From an uncultured Alphaproteobacteria bacterium (GTDB lineage Bacteria; Pseudomonadota; Alphaproteobacteria; RF32; CAG-239), in assembly GCA_944393225.1 (NCBI GenBank), contig CALXZK010000005.1:2767-66766 (forward strand): a stretch of DNA of 64,000 nt, given 5' to 3'. The notes beneath the pieces were generated by a model. The model ran no database searches. It saw only the letters and a program-made list of their open reading frames with translations, and was not told the origin of the DNA. Position numbers and translations under genes: made by a program. Positions 19,893-30,145 of the stretch are shown in pieces. Numbering within the stretch: position 1 is the stretch's first letter; each line of letters starts with the position of its first letter.

Positions 19893-22418
19893 TTAATTAT
19901 AAAAGAAATATTGCGCTGCTTCATAAACAACAATTCTTTCAACATTTTGGAACTTCAGTGTTTTCTGTCCGTATGAAATTGTTCCGTTTGCCGAAGGAAT
20001 TTTACCGAAACGCGTTTGATATTCTCGCAAATCACGCAAATTCATAGAAAGCCCGTCATCAAAAGTAACATTCCAACCATAAGAACTATTGTTAACATTC
20101 ACATGAATAGAATTCATTTCTTCGTTTCCAATAAATTCAGAGCTTTCAGATTGTGCTGAAAATTCAAAATATTTATCATTTAAAGTTCCGCTATACCATT
20201 TGGAAATTTTATACTGCAGCTTTTGCGCATCAACCTCTGCAACCTCAGTATTCGGAACCCATAAATTTCTTACTCCGAAAAAGAACAAAACACATCCGTT
20301 TGGTCCAGTCAACAAACCTGATGCCGGCGTCTTAAATGATATTTTTTTCCCCTCAAAATCGGCAAGAGAAATGGGCATAAAATCATTAACAATAACACCC
20401 GAATTTGCCTCAAAATCACCGCAAATAAAGCGTCCTTGCACGGCAACACAAGCATGGCTTGCATTAATGATTTTCAAATTTTCTTCATTACAAAGATCAA
20501 ATTTTTTGTTACCGCCCTGTACCACACTCACATATCGATGAACATTTGGTTTCTGCGGCAAAGACAATTCTGCGACCTTTTGCTCCAAAGGAATAATATT
20601 TTGTTGATACAAAATCAAATTCCAAGCATTAAGTTCATGTTGAGAAAAATCGACCTCGGTAAGTAAAATATCACTCACTTCATCATCTGCCTTAAATGAC
20701 TGTACGCCGTTTTGTTTAGATACAATGCGCGCATGAAGCTCTGCTTGAGCAATATCTTCTTGAGTATAATCAGCAACATCAAACATAACCGGCTGCGGAT
20801 TTATCTGTTCAACCTCATCTTCAGAACCCACAAAAACAGGTTGTTCTTTCGGCTCGGCAATATTTTCAGCAATGTTCGAATGAGAGGCATCTTGTTCCAC
20901 AATATTCTCACTTGCTTCAGCTACCGCAGCAAATGCCGACGCTGTTTCGGCAACATTAGCTGATGTTTCTTCCGTAAAACCTTGCTCTGTGTTTTCTTCT
21001 GAATGTAAATCGAGTTCTGTTTCCGGCTCATTTTCAAATTCGTTATTTTCAGCATAAACAGGAACTGTTTCTGCAACATTTTCATCTGCAATTGAAGGTG
21101 CTTCCTCCAGAAAATCAGAGGCTTCATCTACCGGTTGAATTTCTGTTTGCGCAAAATCATCTTGAACATCTTGCGTTTCCTCCGGCTGTAGGAAATTTGA
21201 ACTATCATCTTCTGTGGATGGAACAACTTCTTCAACCGGAACTTCAACAATTTCTTCTACCGGAGCCTCACTAATTTCTTCTGTCGCAACATTTTCTTGA
21301 GGAACGTCATATTCAACGCTTTCTGTTTCCGGTTCTGGTATCAGGGATACTTCATCTACTGTTTGCAAATATTCAACATCTTGGCTTTCTTCCGTATCAT
21401 TCTGAAAAGCATCTACATCTGTTTGCTCAGCGGGAATAGTTTGCTCTTGAGCAATATTTTCTGATAAATCATCAAAACTAATTTCATTTGAAACATTGTC
21501 TGAACTATTATCTTCTTGCAACAATTCATCTAAAGAAAATTCTTTTTCATCAGTTGCTAAAATATCAAGAGGCTCTTCTTCGACGGGGGCTGTTTCAACG
21601 GAAATATTTTCTACCGGCGCGGCTTCAACATTTTCTGCAATTGTTTGCGGTTCTGAAACATTTTCGGCAACATCTTGAACTGTCATGCGAGCTTTGGGTC
21701 TGGGCTCATAATCGGGCATTTCGGTTACGGCGACATCCGTAGCTTTATACGTTGCTTCAGGTTCAATATAATCATTCACATTGATGCTGGAGATTTCATT
21801 TTTTTGAAATTGAAGCCCTTCGTCGTCAAAATTTATATCTTCTAAATTATAAGAAGCTCTGGTATCTTCTTGCCAATTCTGATTATCTTCGGGCATATTC
21901 AAGAAATGAATATTTTCCGAAGAAGCTTCGTTTACGGGATTAACACTTCCGGATTGAGCTTGCCATTCACCACTTTGATTTACATTTTGCGTAATCAATT
22001 CATCTTGATTAGATACCTCAACATCGGCAACATTAACCATAGGTTCTTCATGCTCAGGAGTAATCTGTTCATTAATGTTTTGTTCTTCCGCCACATCAGA
22101 AACATTTATTTGTCCGTCATCATAACCGGCTTGCAAAAAAGAAGGAAATGGAGCCTCATTACGCATTTCTTCTTGTTGAGAAGCACGCAACGTTGCACTA
22201 ATCTCTGAAACAGATGCCATATCATCTTCATCGTCGATATCAGAAAAAGCATGCGGACGGTTAACAACATCCATTTCCGAAACATCATCAGAGGGAACTT
22301 CAATATACTCGTATTCATAACCTTTCGGTAATTTTTGACCATCATCCAGCTCAATATACTCAAATTCTTGCTCAGAATTTGTATTTTCATTTTGTCCGGT
22401 CATTTGTGTTTCATCCAT
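19893..22418 (-). CDS. Large hyper-acidic low-complexity protein with a structured C-terminal domain
   Basis: 841 aa. The N-terminal ~590 aa are extremely rich in E/D/Q/N/V with no signal peptide. The C-terminal ~250 aa are of ordinary composition. Confidence 0.6.
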   Translation of the reverse strand: MDETQMTGQNENTNSEQEFEYIELDDGQKLPKGYEYEYIEVPSDDVSEMDVVNRPHAFSDIDDEDDMASVSEISATLRASQQEEMRNEAPFPSFLQAGYDDGQINVSDVAEEQNINEQITPEHEEPMVNVADVEVSNQDELITQNVNQSGEWQAQSGSVNPVNEASSENIHFLNMPEDNQNWQEDTRASYNLEDINFDDEGLQFQKNEISSINVNDYIEPEATYKATDVAVTEMPDYEPRPKARMTVQDVAENVSEPQTIAENVEAAPVENISVETAPVEEEPLDILATDEKEFSLDELLQEDNSSDNVSNEISFDDLSENIAQEQTIPAEQTDVDAFQNDTEESQDVEYLQTVDEVSLIPEPETESVEYDVPQENVATEEISEAPVEEIVEVPVEEVVPSTEDDSSNFLQPEETQDVQDDFAQTEIQPVDEASDFLEEAPSIADENVAETVPVYAENNEFENEPETELDLHSEENTEQGFTEETSANVAETASAFAAVAEASENIVEQDASHSNIAENIAEPKEQPVFVGSEDEVEQINPQPVMFDVADYTQEDIAQAELHARIVSKQNGVQSFKADDEVSDILLTEVDFSQHELNAWNLILYQQNIIPLEQKVAELSLPQKPNVHRYVSVVQGGNKKFDLCNEENLKIINASHACVAVQGRFICGDFEANSGVIVNDFMPISLADFEGKKISFKTPASGLLTGPNGCVLFFFGVRNLWVPNTEVAEVDAQKLQYKISKWYSGTLNDKYFEFSAQSESSEFIGNEEMNSIHVNVNNSSYGWNVTFDDGLSMNLRDLREYQTRFGKIPSANGTISYGQKTLKFQNVERIVVYEAAQYFFYN

Positions 22419-22624
22419 TGCTTTATCCTTATGATTCGCATTTAACTTAATATCAATATAAGCAAAAGAGTCTTAAAATCATTTTAACAAAAAACGGTTT
22501 TGAGAATGAACTCAAAACCGTTTTGCTTTTAGAAATACAGCCACCTAAACAAAATTCAGATTAATTTACCTGATTCTGAAATTTTTAAGATAGATAAAAT
22601 CCCAGAAACTTTCGTAAAGGTGTC

Positions 22625-23989
22625 TTATAAGGGAATAGATACCAGAACTCTCAATCCGCCCAAAGGACTATCCAAGAGTTCAATTCTACCACCATGAGAA
22701 GTAATCACATCTTTGGCAATAGACAAACCAAGACCAACTCCTCCCGTTTCTTTATTGCGAGATTCATCCAAACGATAGAATGCTTTGAATACATCTTCGC
22801 GTTTGTCGACCGGAATTCCCGGACCATCATCATCAATGGTCACTTCCAATTTGTTATTATTACTTTCCAATTTAACGGCAATTGTTTTACCATAGCGGAA
22901 AGCATTGGAAATAATGTTGGTCAGAGCACGTTTCAAAGCCTGTTCGCGACCTTGAATAGCACTGACTTGATCATTGGTAGAATAACGTATCATGGCTTGA
23001 GTATTACGGAATTTATTAATAATACTCAAAATCATTTCGTTCATATCAACAAAGGTTGCTTTTTCACTACCCTCACCGCTGACAAAAGCCAAGTAACCGT
23101 CGAGCATTTTTTCCATTTCATCAATATCAGCCAAGAAATCTGTTTTATCTTGACCGGCAGGCATCATTGTACTTTGCAGCTTCATACGGGTCAAAGGTGT
23201 ACGCAAGTCGTGAGAAACTCCGGCCAGCATTTGTGTACGCTCGCTGATTTGACGATTAATACGCTCTTTCATCTTAATAAAAGCAATGGCAGCTTTTCTC
23301 ACTTCGGAAGAACCGTATGGTTTGAAATCTTTATTATCAATACCTTTACCAAAATCTTCTGCTACTTGTGCCAATTCGGCAATCGAACGAACCTGAATGC
23401 GCAAGAACAAAACGGCAACCAAGAAAAGCAAAGCCGAAGTTCCGATCATCCAAAGAACAAAACCAAAAATAGAACTACTGAAAATATTTTTAGAAGATGT
23501 CTTGAACTGATACAATCCATTGGGTTTATCAATCAAAACCATCATGTCTTTCTCACCTTTGCTCATATAAATATTAGTAATGGCATCAGGAAAAGTTGAG
23601 CGTAATGAATCTTCCAAAAAGCCGGTAATCAAACGGTTGTTACGGCTGGCTTTGTTGATAACATTGTGCTTTTGTTTGTTATTATAAAAACTATATTCAA
23701 AATCAAAATTTTTCAAAGCCAAAGCTTGAATATCTTTCAATTTATTAGGAGTTTTTTCCGTCAATTCAATAATAAAAGACATATCTGAAGTCAAGTTCGT
23801 TGACAAGCGTTTACCGACACGTCCCCAGCTTCCGTCAAAAAATGCAATAATAGAAACCACTTGCACCACGATTAACGGAATAAAAATAAGCAACATTGTT
23901 CTGAAAAACAATGTCTTTGGCATAAATTTAAGCTTCAAATATCTCAAAACATTATCCACTTTTTCGGGAAATTTAATACGCATGGACAT
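22625..23989 (-). CDS. Sensor histidine kinase (EnvZ-like: 2 TM, HAMP, HisKA, HATPase_c)
   Basis: 454 aa. H-box GVSHDLRTPLTRM, N-box SNAFRYG, G-boxes DDGPGIP and GGVGLGLSI. Confidence 0.85.
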   Translation of the reverse strand: MSMRIKFPEKVDNVLRYLKLKFMPKTLFFRTMLLIFIPLIVVQVVSIIAFFDGSWGRVGKRLSTNLTSDMSFIIELTEKTPNKLKDIQALALKNFDFEYSFYNNKQKHNVINKASRNNRLITGFLEDSLRSTFPDAITNIYMSKGEKDMMVLIDKPNGLYQFKTSSKNIFSSSIFGFVLWMIGTSALLFLVAVLFLRIQVRSIAELAQVAEDFGKGIDNKDFKPYGSSEVRKAAIAFIKMKERINRQISERTQMLAGVSHDLRTPLTRMKLQSTMMPAGQDKTDFLADIDEMEKMLDGYLAFVSGEGSEKATFVDMNEMILSIINKFRNTQAMIRYSTNDQVSAIQGREQALKRALTNIISNAFRYGKTIAVKLESNNNKLEVTIDDDGPGIPVDKREDVFKAFYRLDESRNKETGGVGLGLSIAKDVITSHGGRIELLDSPLGGLRVLVSIPL

Positions 23990-24016
23990 CTCCTTACAAT
24001 AAAGTAAAACACCTCT

Positions 24017-24706
24017 TTATTGAGGCAACAACATATATCCTTTACCACGCACGGTTTGTAAAAAGCGCGGATTTTTTGAATCTGTTTCAATTTTTTTACG
24101 CAAACGAGTTATCTGTACATCGATGGAACGGGGATTTTGACCAGCACCTAAAATCTCCGCCAGCCTTTCTCGAGAAAAGACTTGTCCGGACTTTTGCCCC
24201 AAGACATTAAGCAAAGCTTGTTCCACGGGGGTTATATGAATAAGCTGCCCATTTTTGGAAAACAGCTCTTTCTTTTGCAAATCATACAAGCAAAGTCCCA
24301 AGTCCAAAACTTGTTTCTCATTTTCTTTAACGACGGGAGTACGGCGCAAAATATTTTTGATTCTGAGAACCAATTCTTTAGGCTCGAAAGGCTTTGGCAA
24401 ATAGTCATCTGCACCGGTTTCCAACCCAACGATACGATCTTCGGTTTCCCCCATAGCCGTGAGTAAAATAACCGGAATATTGCTTTCTTCACGCAATTTG
24501 TGCAAAAATTGCAAACCGGTTTCTTCCGGCATCATAATATCGACAATCAGCAAATCAAACAAATAATTTTGCAATTGCTGACGTGCATTAGAAGCATTTT
24601 TTGCAACAGATACATAAAAGCCGTTCTCTCTTAAGAAACGCTGTAAGAGAGAACGTAATCTGGTGTCATCATCCACCACCAAAATATGAGCTTTTATGTT
24701 TTCCAT
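24017..24706 (-). CDS. OmpR-family response regulator
   Basis: 229 aa. Receiver domain (ILVVDDD ... DLLIVDIMMP ... conserved K) plus a winged-helix C-terminus (RGKGYML). A 4-bp overlap with the kinase gene suggests an operon. Confidence 0.9.
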   Translation of the reverse strand: MENIKAHILVVDDDTRLRSLLQRFLRENGFYVSVAKNASNARQQLQNYLFDLLIVDIMMPEETGLQFLHKLREESNIPVILLTAMGETEDRIVGLETGADDYLPKPFEPKELVLRIKNILRRTPVVKENEKQVLDLGLCLYDLQKKELFSKNGQLIHITPVEQALLNVLGQKSGQVFSRERLAEILGAGQNPRSIDVQITRLRKKIETDSKNPRFLQTVRGKGYMLLPQ

Positions 24707-24716
24707 TCAAAATGCC

Positions 24717-25439
24717 CTATTCGGGTTTAGCAGCTTTTTTAGCTCGACCTGCTTTGTGAGCAACTTTCTTTTTAGCAGCTGTTTTTTTAGCTTTAGGAGC
24801 TGTTTTTTTGCTTTCGGCAACCGCTTTGGGAGCTTCAATAACGGCTGGAGCAGAAGTTTTTTTACCTTCCAAATTTTTAACATAATCCAAACCGCGTTTG
24901 AAGTAGTCATAACCGGTAATAAAGGTCAAAACACCGGCAATCCACAACAAAATCTCACCCAAAACAGCCATCAAAGATACGAACATATTATTTGGATAAG
25001 CATAAGAAACGGCGCTTAACAAAATCATTGCCAAAGCAGTCATTTGTGCGGCAGTTTTCCATTTGGCCAAACGAGTAACCGGCATACCGACTTTAACTTC
25101 AGCCAAAAATTCACGCAAACCGGAAACCAAAATTTCGCGGCACATAATGATGCAAACCGGAATGTAGCTGATTTCGCTAACCAAGTGATTTGCCACAATG
25201 ATAAGCAAAGCAGAAACAACCAAAAGCTTATCGGCAATTGGGTCAAGCAAACGACCAAAAGCTGAAGTCTCATTACGAGAACGAGCTAAATAGCCATCCA
25301 AATAGTCTGTTACGGCAGCCACAATAAACAAGACTGCTGCCAAAATTGACCACCAAGCTGTGTGAATATAAATAGCCAGAAAGATAACCGGAATGACGAT
25401 TATTCTGGAAATTGTTAAGATATTAGGCAAGTTATACAC
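24717..25439 (-). CDS. CDP-alcohol phosphatidyltransferase (PgsA-like) with a C-terminal lysine/alanine-rich tail
   Basis: 240 aa. CDP-OH transferase motif DYLDGYLAR...GRLLDPIADK. The C-terminal ~50 aa (KKTSAPAVIEAPKAVAESKKTAPKAKKTAAKKKVAHKAGRAKKAAKPE) look like a histone H1-type tail. Confidence 0.8.
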   Translation of the reverse strand: MYNLPNILTISRIIVIPVIFLAIYIHTAWWSILAAVLFIVAAVTDYLDGYLARSRNETSAFGRLLDPIADKLLVVSALLIIVANHLVSEISYIPVCIIMCREILVSGLREFLAEVKVGMPVTRLAKWKTAAQMTALAMILLSAVSYAYPNNMFVSLMAVLGEILLWIAGVLTFITGYDYFKRGLDYVKNLEGKKTSAPAVIEAPKAVAESKKTAPKAKKTAAKKKVAHKAGRAKKAAKPE

Positions 25440-25493
25440 GTTATGTTCCCCTAAAATATGAATTTATTTTGTTGTTATACTAAAATATTCTAT

Positions 25494-27749
25494 TCAAAAA
25501 TGGAAGTAATTATAAATTTTTTCCGCTGTTTTTTTACTGATGCCGGCAACTTTTTGCAAATCTTTAACGCTGGATTGCGAAATTTCCTCTACCGAGCCGA
25601 AATAATTCAATAAATCGCGCTTTCTTCTTGCTCCGATTCCTTCAATTTCATCCAATTTTGATTTTGAAATTGATTTTGCACGACGCGCGCGGTGCGTTCC
25701 GATGGCAAAACGGTGTGCTTCATCACGCAGATTTTGCAGATAAAAAGCTATTGGCGATTGGAATGGCAACGAGAAACTTTCTTTACCGAGCTGATGATAA
25801 AATTCTTTACCGGCATTTCTGTCCGGACCTTTGGAAATGGCAATAATAGCGATTCCGGACAAGTCAAAATCTTTGAGTGCTTCATGCACGGCATGAAGTT
25901 GCCCGAGACCACCATCAAGCAAAATAACATCTGGTTTATTTTCCGGTGTCATCCGCGCAAAACGGCGCAACAACACTTCTTTCATCATCAAAAAGTCATC
26001 TTGGTTAATGATTTTTTGCGGTTGAGTTGCGGAATTTTTAGCACCGACTGATACCTCTGGCTGACGCTCTTCTACGTTTTCGGAAAACGATTTTAAGCTA
26101 TCAGATAGTGGTGGCTCACGGAGCGCTGAAACTTGAGTGTACGTTGAGGTACATGAGTTTCGAGCACCGGCTGACGCCTCTAGCTGATGCTCTTTTACGT
26201 TTTCGGAAAACGATTTTAAGCTATCAGATAGTGGTGGCTCACGGAGCGCAGAAACTTGAGTGTACGTTGGGGTACATGAGTTTCGAGCACCGGCTGACGC
26301 CTCTGGCTGATGCTCTTCTACGTTTTCGGAAAACGATTTTAAGCTATCAGATAGTGGTGGCTCACGGAGCGCAGAAACTTGAGTGTACGTTGGGGTACAT
26401 GAGTTTCGAGCACCGGCTGACGCCTCTAGCTGATGCTTAAAATCGTTTTCTCTGATGTTAAATTGGCGATAAGACTTCTTATCAAACCCATCGGGCGTGG
26501 CAACAACCATGGCGCCAATGGCAAAAGTGCCTTGGTTGTGCGAGTTATCATAAATTTCAATGCGCTGCGGAATGCGAGGCAAATCAAACCATTTGACCAT
26601 TTCTTCCAAATTGCTTTTAACCGAAGCTTGCTCGGCAATTTTACGATCAATCGACGCTTCGGCATTGGCTTTGACCATATTGATGATATGCGCTTTGTTG
26701 CCTTTTTGATAGGTGTTGATTCGAGTTGAAAGCGCCTCTTCCAAAAACTCTTTATTCTCAATTTCTTGTGAGAGAACAATCTCTTTCGGCGGAATGTGCG
26801 ATGAATAGAAACTGCTCAAAAAAGCTTCCAAAATCTCGTTGTCATCGGCATCTTCAATCTGCTTGGGAAAATATGGCGCATTACCACAGTTTTGACCGGA
26901 ACGAATAAAAAAGACCTGAATGCAAACCAGATTATTTTTACGCACGAGAGCAATCATATCCACGGACTTAATATCGGCATATTCCACATTGTTGCCACGC
27001 TGAACCGAAGCCAGAGCTTTAATACGGTCACGCAACACCAACGCAGTTTCATAATCCAAACGCTCACTCGCCTCGTTCATCTGTTGAGAGAGTTCTTCTT
27101 GCAGTTTGGTATTTTTGCCTTCCAGAAAATCTATGGCTTCTTGCACCAATTGTTTATAATCTTCTTCCGAAATTCTACCCACGCAAGGTGCTGAACAACG
27201 CTTGATTTGATACATCAAACAAGGACGCTGCCGATTGTTAAATACCCCGTCGCGACAAGAGCGCAGAAGGAAAGCTTTTTGCACAATGTCCAACACGCTG
27301 TTAACGGCAGTCACACTGGCAAAAGGACCGAAATATTTGTTTTTGTCTTGACGTTTGCCGCGATATTTGCGCAAGCTCGGAAACTTTGAGGTCACGTCAA
27401 TCACAAGGTGCGGAAAAGTTTTATCATCTTTGAGCAAGATGTTATATTTCGGCTCCAGCTCTTTAATCAGCTCATTTTCCATGAGCAAAGCTTTAGCCTC
27501 ATTTTCCACGATGATAAATTCCATCCGTTTGATTTGCGAAACCATGCGCTGCAAACGAATAGGCAGTTTGTCAAAGTGAGAATAAGCTACGATTCTTTTT
27601 TTGATGTTTTTGGCTTTGCCCACATAAAGCACCTCATCATTTTCGCCGAGCATGCGGTACACACCGGGGGCTTCAGGCGCAATTTTAATGTGTCGCTTTA
27701 AATTTTCCAAACCTTGTTGAATATTTCCCATGGGCAGCCTCAGAATCAA
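25494..27749 (-). CDS. uvrC: Excinuclease ABC subunit C, carrying a 3 x 41-aa tandem-repeat insertion
   Basis: 751 aa. GIY-YIG N-terminus (VYRMLGENDEVLYVGKAKNIKKR), Cys-rich and UvrB-interacting regions, C-terminal endonuclease and HhH. The (ASAGARNSCTPTYTQVSALREPPLSDSLKSFSENVEEHQPE) x3 insert accounts for the extra ~120 aa over a typical UvrC. Confidence 0.9.
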   Translation of the reverse strand: MILRLPMGNIQQGLENLKRHIKIAPEAPGVYRMLGENDEVLYVGKAKNIKKRIVAYSHFDKLPIRLQRMVSQIKRMEFIIVENEAKALLMENELIKELEPKYNILLKDDKTFPHLVIDVTSKFPSLRKYRGKRQDKNKYFGPFASVTAVNSVLDIVQKAFLLRSCRDGVFNNRQRPCLMYQIKRCSAPCVGRISEEDYKQLVQEAIDFLEGKNTKLQEELSQQMNEASERLDYETALVLRDRIKALASVQRGNNVEYADIKSVDMIALVRKNNLVCIQVFFIRSGQNCGNAPYFPKQIEDADDNEILEAFLSSFYSSHIPPKEIVLSQEIENKEFLEEALSTRINTYQKGNKAHIINMVKANAEASIDRKIAEQASVKSNLEEMVKWFDLPRIPQRIEIYDNSHNQGTFAIGAMVVATPDGFDKKSYRQFNIRENDFKHQLEASAGARNSCTPTYTQVSALREPPLSDSLKSFSENVEEHQPEASAGARNSCTPTYTQVSALREPPLSDSLKSFSENVKEHQLEASAGARNSCTSTYTQVSALREPPLSDSLKSFSENVEERQPEVSVGAKNSATQPQKIINQDDFLMMKEVLLRRFARMTPENKPDVILLDGGLGQLHAVHEALKDFDLSGIAIIAISKGPDRNAGKEFYHQLGKESFSLPFQSPIAFYLQNLRDEAHRFAIGTHRARRAKSISKSKLDEIEGIGARRKRDLLNYFGSVEEISQSSVKDLQKVAGISKKTAEKIYNYFHF
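26040..26437. repeat. In-frame 123-bp tandem repeat (~3.3 copies) inside uvrC
   Basis: The unit cggaaaacgattttaagctatcagatagtggtggctcacggagcgc... recurs at 26081, 26204 and 26327 with only a few SNPs. Period 123 = 41 codons. A short inverted copy of the unit start (cttaaaatcgttttc) sits at 26437..26451. Confidence 0.9.
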
Positions 27750-27795
27750 AAAAATCCCTCACCCGAGAAGAGCAAGGGATTTTTTCTTAACAAAC

Positions 27796-29160
27796 TTAGT
27801 TATTGAAATATTCGCGGAGATAAGCCGGCAAATCGGCAATATTTACACGATGTTGTTCCATCGTATCTCTATCACGAATGGTAACCGATTCGGGTTGTTG
27901 TTCGATGGTTTCAAAGTCAACCGTAATGCAGAGCGGCGTACCAACCTCATCATGACGACGATAAGCTTTACCGATGTTTCCGGTATTTTCCAAAGCCACA
28001 CGACCGATACCGAGTTTAAGCAAATTCTTTTTAATCTCATGGCATTTTGCCATAATTTGCTCATTGTTTTTCTTCAACGGAATAACCGCAACTTTAATCG
28101 GAGCGAGGTGTTTTTTGAGCTTCAAAACAATACGGCTGTTACCGTTGCCCAAATCTTCTTCGGTATAAGCTTCGGTCAACAAAGCCAAAACCGCACGGTC
28201 AACACCCATGGAAGGCTCAATTACGAACGGAACAACCGGTTTGTTGTTGTCATCCAAAATGCAGAGTTTTTGTGTTGAATCAGCGTTTTTATGGCAATGA
28301 GCTGTCAAGTTCAATTCATCTTGACCTTTAGTGTGGTTACCCAAGTCATAATCGGTACGGTTGGCAATACCTTCCAACTCTTCCATACCATGCGGGAACT
28401 GATATTCAATATCATAGCAAGCTTTGGCATAGTGAGCCAAATCATCTTTCGGAGTGGTATAGATGTTCATATGTTCACGCGGCAAACCTTGCTCTTCCCA
28501 CCATTGAATGCGGGCTTCTTTCCACATCTCATGCCATTTTTCATCTTCACCCGGCATTACAAAATATTCAAGCTCAGCTTGTTCAAATTCACGCACGCGG
28601 AAAATAAAGTTTCTCGGGGTAATTTCATTACGGAAAGATTTACCGATTTGTGCAATACCGAACGGCAATTTGCGAGAAGTTGAGTCAACCACGTTGCGGA
28701 ATTGCGTAAAAATGGCTTGCGCAGTTTCCGGACGCAAATAAGCAATATTATCAGCATTTTCAACCGGTCCGACTGTTGTTTTAAACATCAGGTTAAAAGG
28801 ACGAGGTTCGGTCAAATCGGTTGAACCGCAGTTCGGGCATTTACCGTCTTTAATATGGTCGGCACGAAAACGACCTTTACATTTGCGGCAGTCTGTCATC
28901 GGGTCAGAGAAAGTATCTTCATGACCGGAATAATGCAAAACCTTGCGGTTGGTTAAAATGGCAGCATCCAAACCTTCAATATCGTCGCGCTCATAAACCA
29001 TTGCACGCCACCAAGCGGCTTTCACATTGATTTTGAGTTCAACGCCCAACGGACCATAATCGTACAAACCTTGCATACCACCGTAAATATCGGCATTCTG
29101 AAAGATGAAACCACGACGTTTGCACAAAGAGACCAACTGGTCCATAGTTGTTGCTGGCAT
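27796..29160 (-). CDS. glyQS: Glycine--tRNA ligase, dimeric alpha2 type
   Basis: 454 aa in a single chain. Motif-1/2/3 class II core, the Zn-like C-x2-C...C-x2-C insertion (CRKCKGRF...CPNCGS), and a C-terminal anticodon-binding domain. Confidence 0.9.
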   Translation of the reverse strand: MPATTMDQLVSLCKRRGFIFQNADIYGGMQGLYDYGPLGVELKINVKAAWWRAMVYERDDIEGLDAAILTNRKVLHYSGHEDTFSDPMTDCRKCKGRFRADHIKDGKCPNCGSTDLTEPRPFNLMFKTTVGPVENADNIAYLRPETAQAIFTQFRNVVDSTSRKLPFGIAQIGKSFRNEITPRNFIFRVREFEQAELEYFVMPGEDEKWHEMWKEARIQWWEEQGLPREHMNIYTTPKDDLAHYAKACYDIEYQFPHGMEELEGIANRTDYDLGNHTKGQDELNLTAHCHKNADSTQKLCILDDNNKPVVPFVIEPSMGVDRAVLALLTEAYTEEDLGNGNSRIVLKLKKHLAPIKVAVIPLKKNNEQIMAKCHEIKKNLLKLGIGRVALENTGNIGKAYRRHDEVGTPLCITVDFETIEQQPESVTIRDRDTMEQHRVNIADLPAYLREYFNN

Positions 29161-29258
29161 TTTCTTAATCCTTTACATTAAAAAAGTTTTTATCAAAAAA
29201 TTAACTTGTTATTTTTATAATGAATATTCGCAAAAAGCAAGTAGGAGATTACAAAAAA

Positions 29259-30116
29259 ATGGCAAAAAGAACAAAAGTTGCATTGATTTATGACTTTGAT
29301 GGCACATTAAGCACCACCGATATGCAAAATTATGCCCTGATTCCCGAATTTGGCATGGAACCGGATGACTTCTGGTATGAAGCCAACAAATGGGGACGCG
29401 ATCACTTTGCCGACCAAGTTACCGGCTCAATGTACTACTTTGTAAAAAAAGCCGAAGAACTCAATATAAAACTTACACGTGAAAACATGGCAGAAGCCGG
29501 CAGAAAAATCAAATATTTTCCGGGTGTGGAAGGTTGGTTTGACCGCATTAATGAATATGGCAAAAAACTTGACTTGGATATTGAGCATTATATCATCTCC
29601 GCCGGCTATGAAGAAATTTTATATGGTTGCAAAATCAAAAAATATTTTAAGGACATTTTCGGCTGCAGTTTTGCTTTTAATGAAGAAGGCAAACCGGTTT
29701 GGCCTGCCCGCGTAATCAACTACTCAACAAAGACACAATACTTATCCAAAATCAACAAAGGTTTAGGCAAATTGGAAGACCGCGCCGTTAATGAGTTTAT
29801 GCCCGATGACAAACGCCGCATTCCGTTCACGAGAATGATATATTTTGGCGACGGAAGCACCGATATTCCGTCCATGAAACTCACCAAAGAGCGCAAAGGT
29901 AATGCAATAGCCGTATATAACCCCAACGGCAGCAATAAAGCCACTGCTTTGAAACTCTTGCGTGACGGTCGCGTTAATTTTGCTCTGCCGGCAGATTATC
30001 GTGAAGACAAACAAATTGATAAGGTTGTCAAAACCATTTTGGACAAGCTTGCCAAAGAACGAGACTTGGATATTTTGAAAGCTAAAGAAGAAAAGAAAAA
30101 GCTTCTCGCAGAATAA
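29259..30116 (+). CDS. HAD-superfamily hydrolase
   Basis: The ORF track gives 29220. The ATG at 29259 sits 11 nt downstream of a GTAGGAG RBS. HAD motif I VALIYDFDGTL, and IYFGDGSTD resembles motif III/IV. Confidence 0.7.
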   Translation: MAKRTKVALIYDFDGTLSTTDMQNYALIPEFGMEPDDFWYEANKWGRDHFADQVTGSMYYFVKKAEELNIKLTRENMAEAGRKIKYFPGVEGWFDRINEYGKKLDLDIEHYIISAGYEEILYGCKIKKYFKDIFGCSFAFNEEGKPVWPARVINYSTKTQYLSKINKGLGKLEDRAVNEFMPDDKRRIPFTRMIYFGDGSTDIPSMKLTKERKGNAIAVYNPNGSNKATALKLLRDGRVNFALPADYREDKQIDKVVKTILDKLAKERDLDILKAKEEKKKLLAE

Positions 30117-30145
30117 TAAAAAAGCCCTGAAATTCAGGGCTTTTT

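Noticed and set aside
26040-26437. Regular 123-bp repeats that could be mistaken for a CRISPR or other spacer array
   Set aside because: The units are contiguous with no unique spacers, are in-frame inside uvrC, and encode a repeated peptide. This is an intragenic tandem repeat, not CRISPR.
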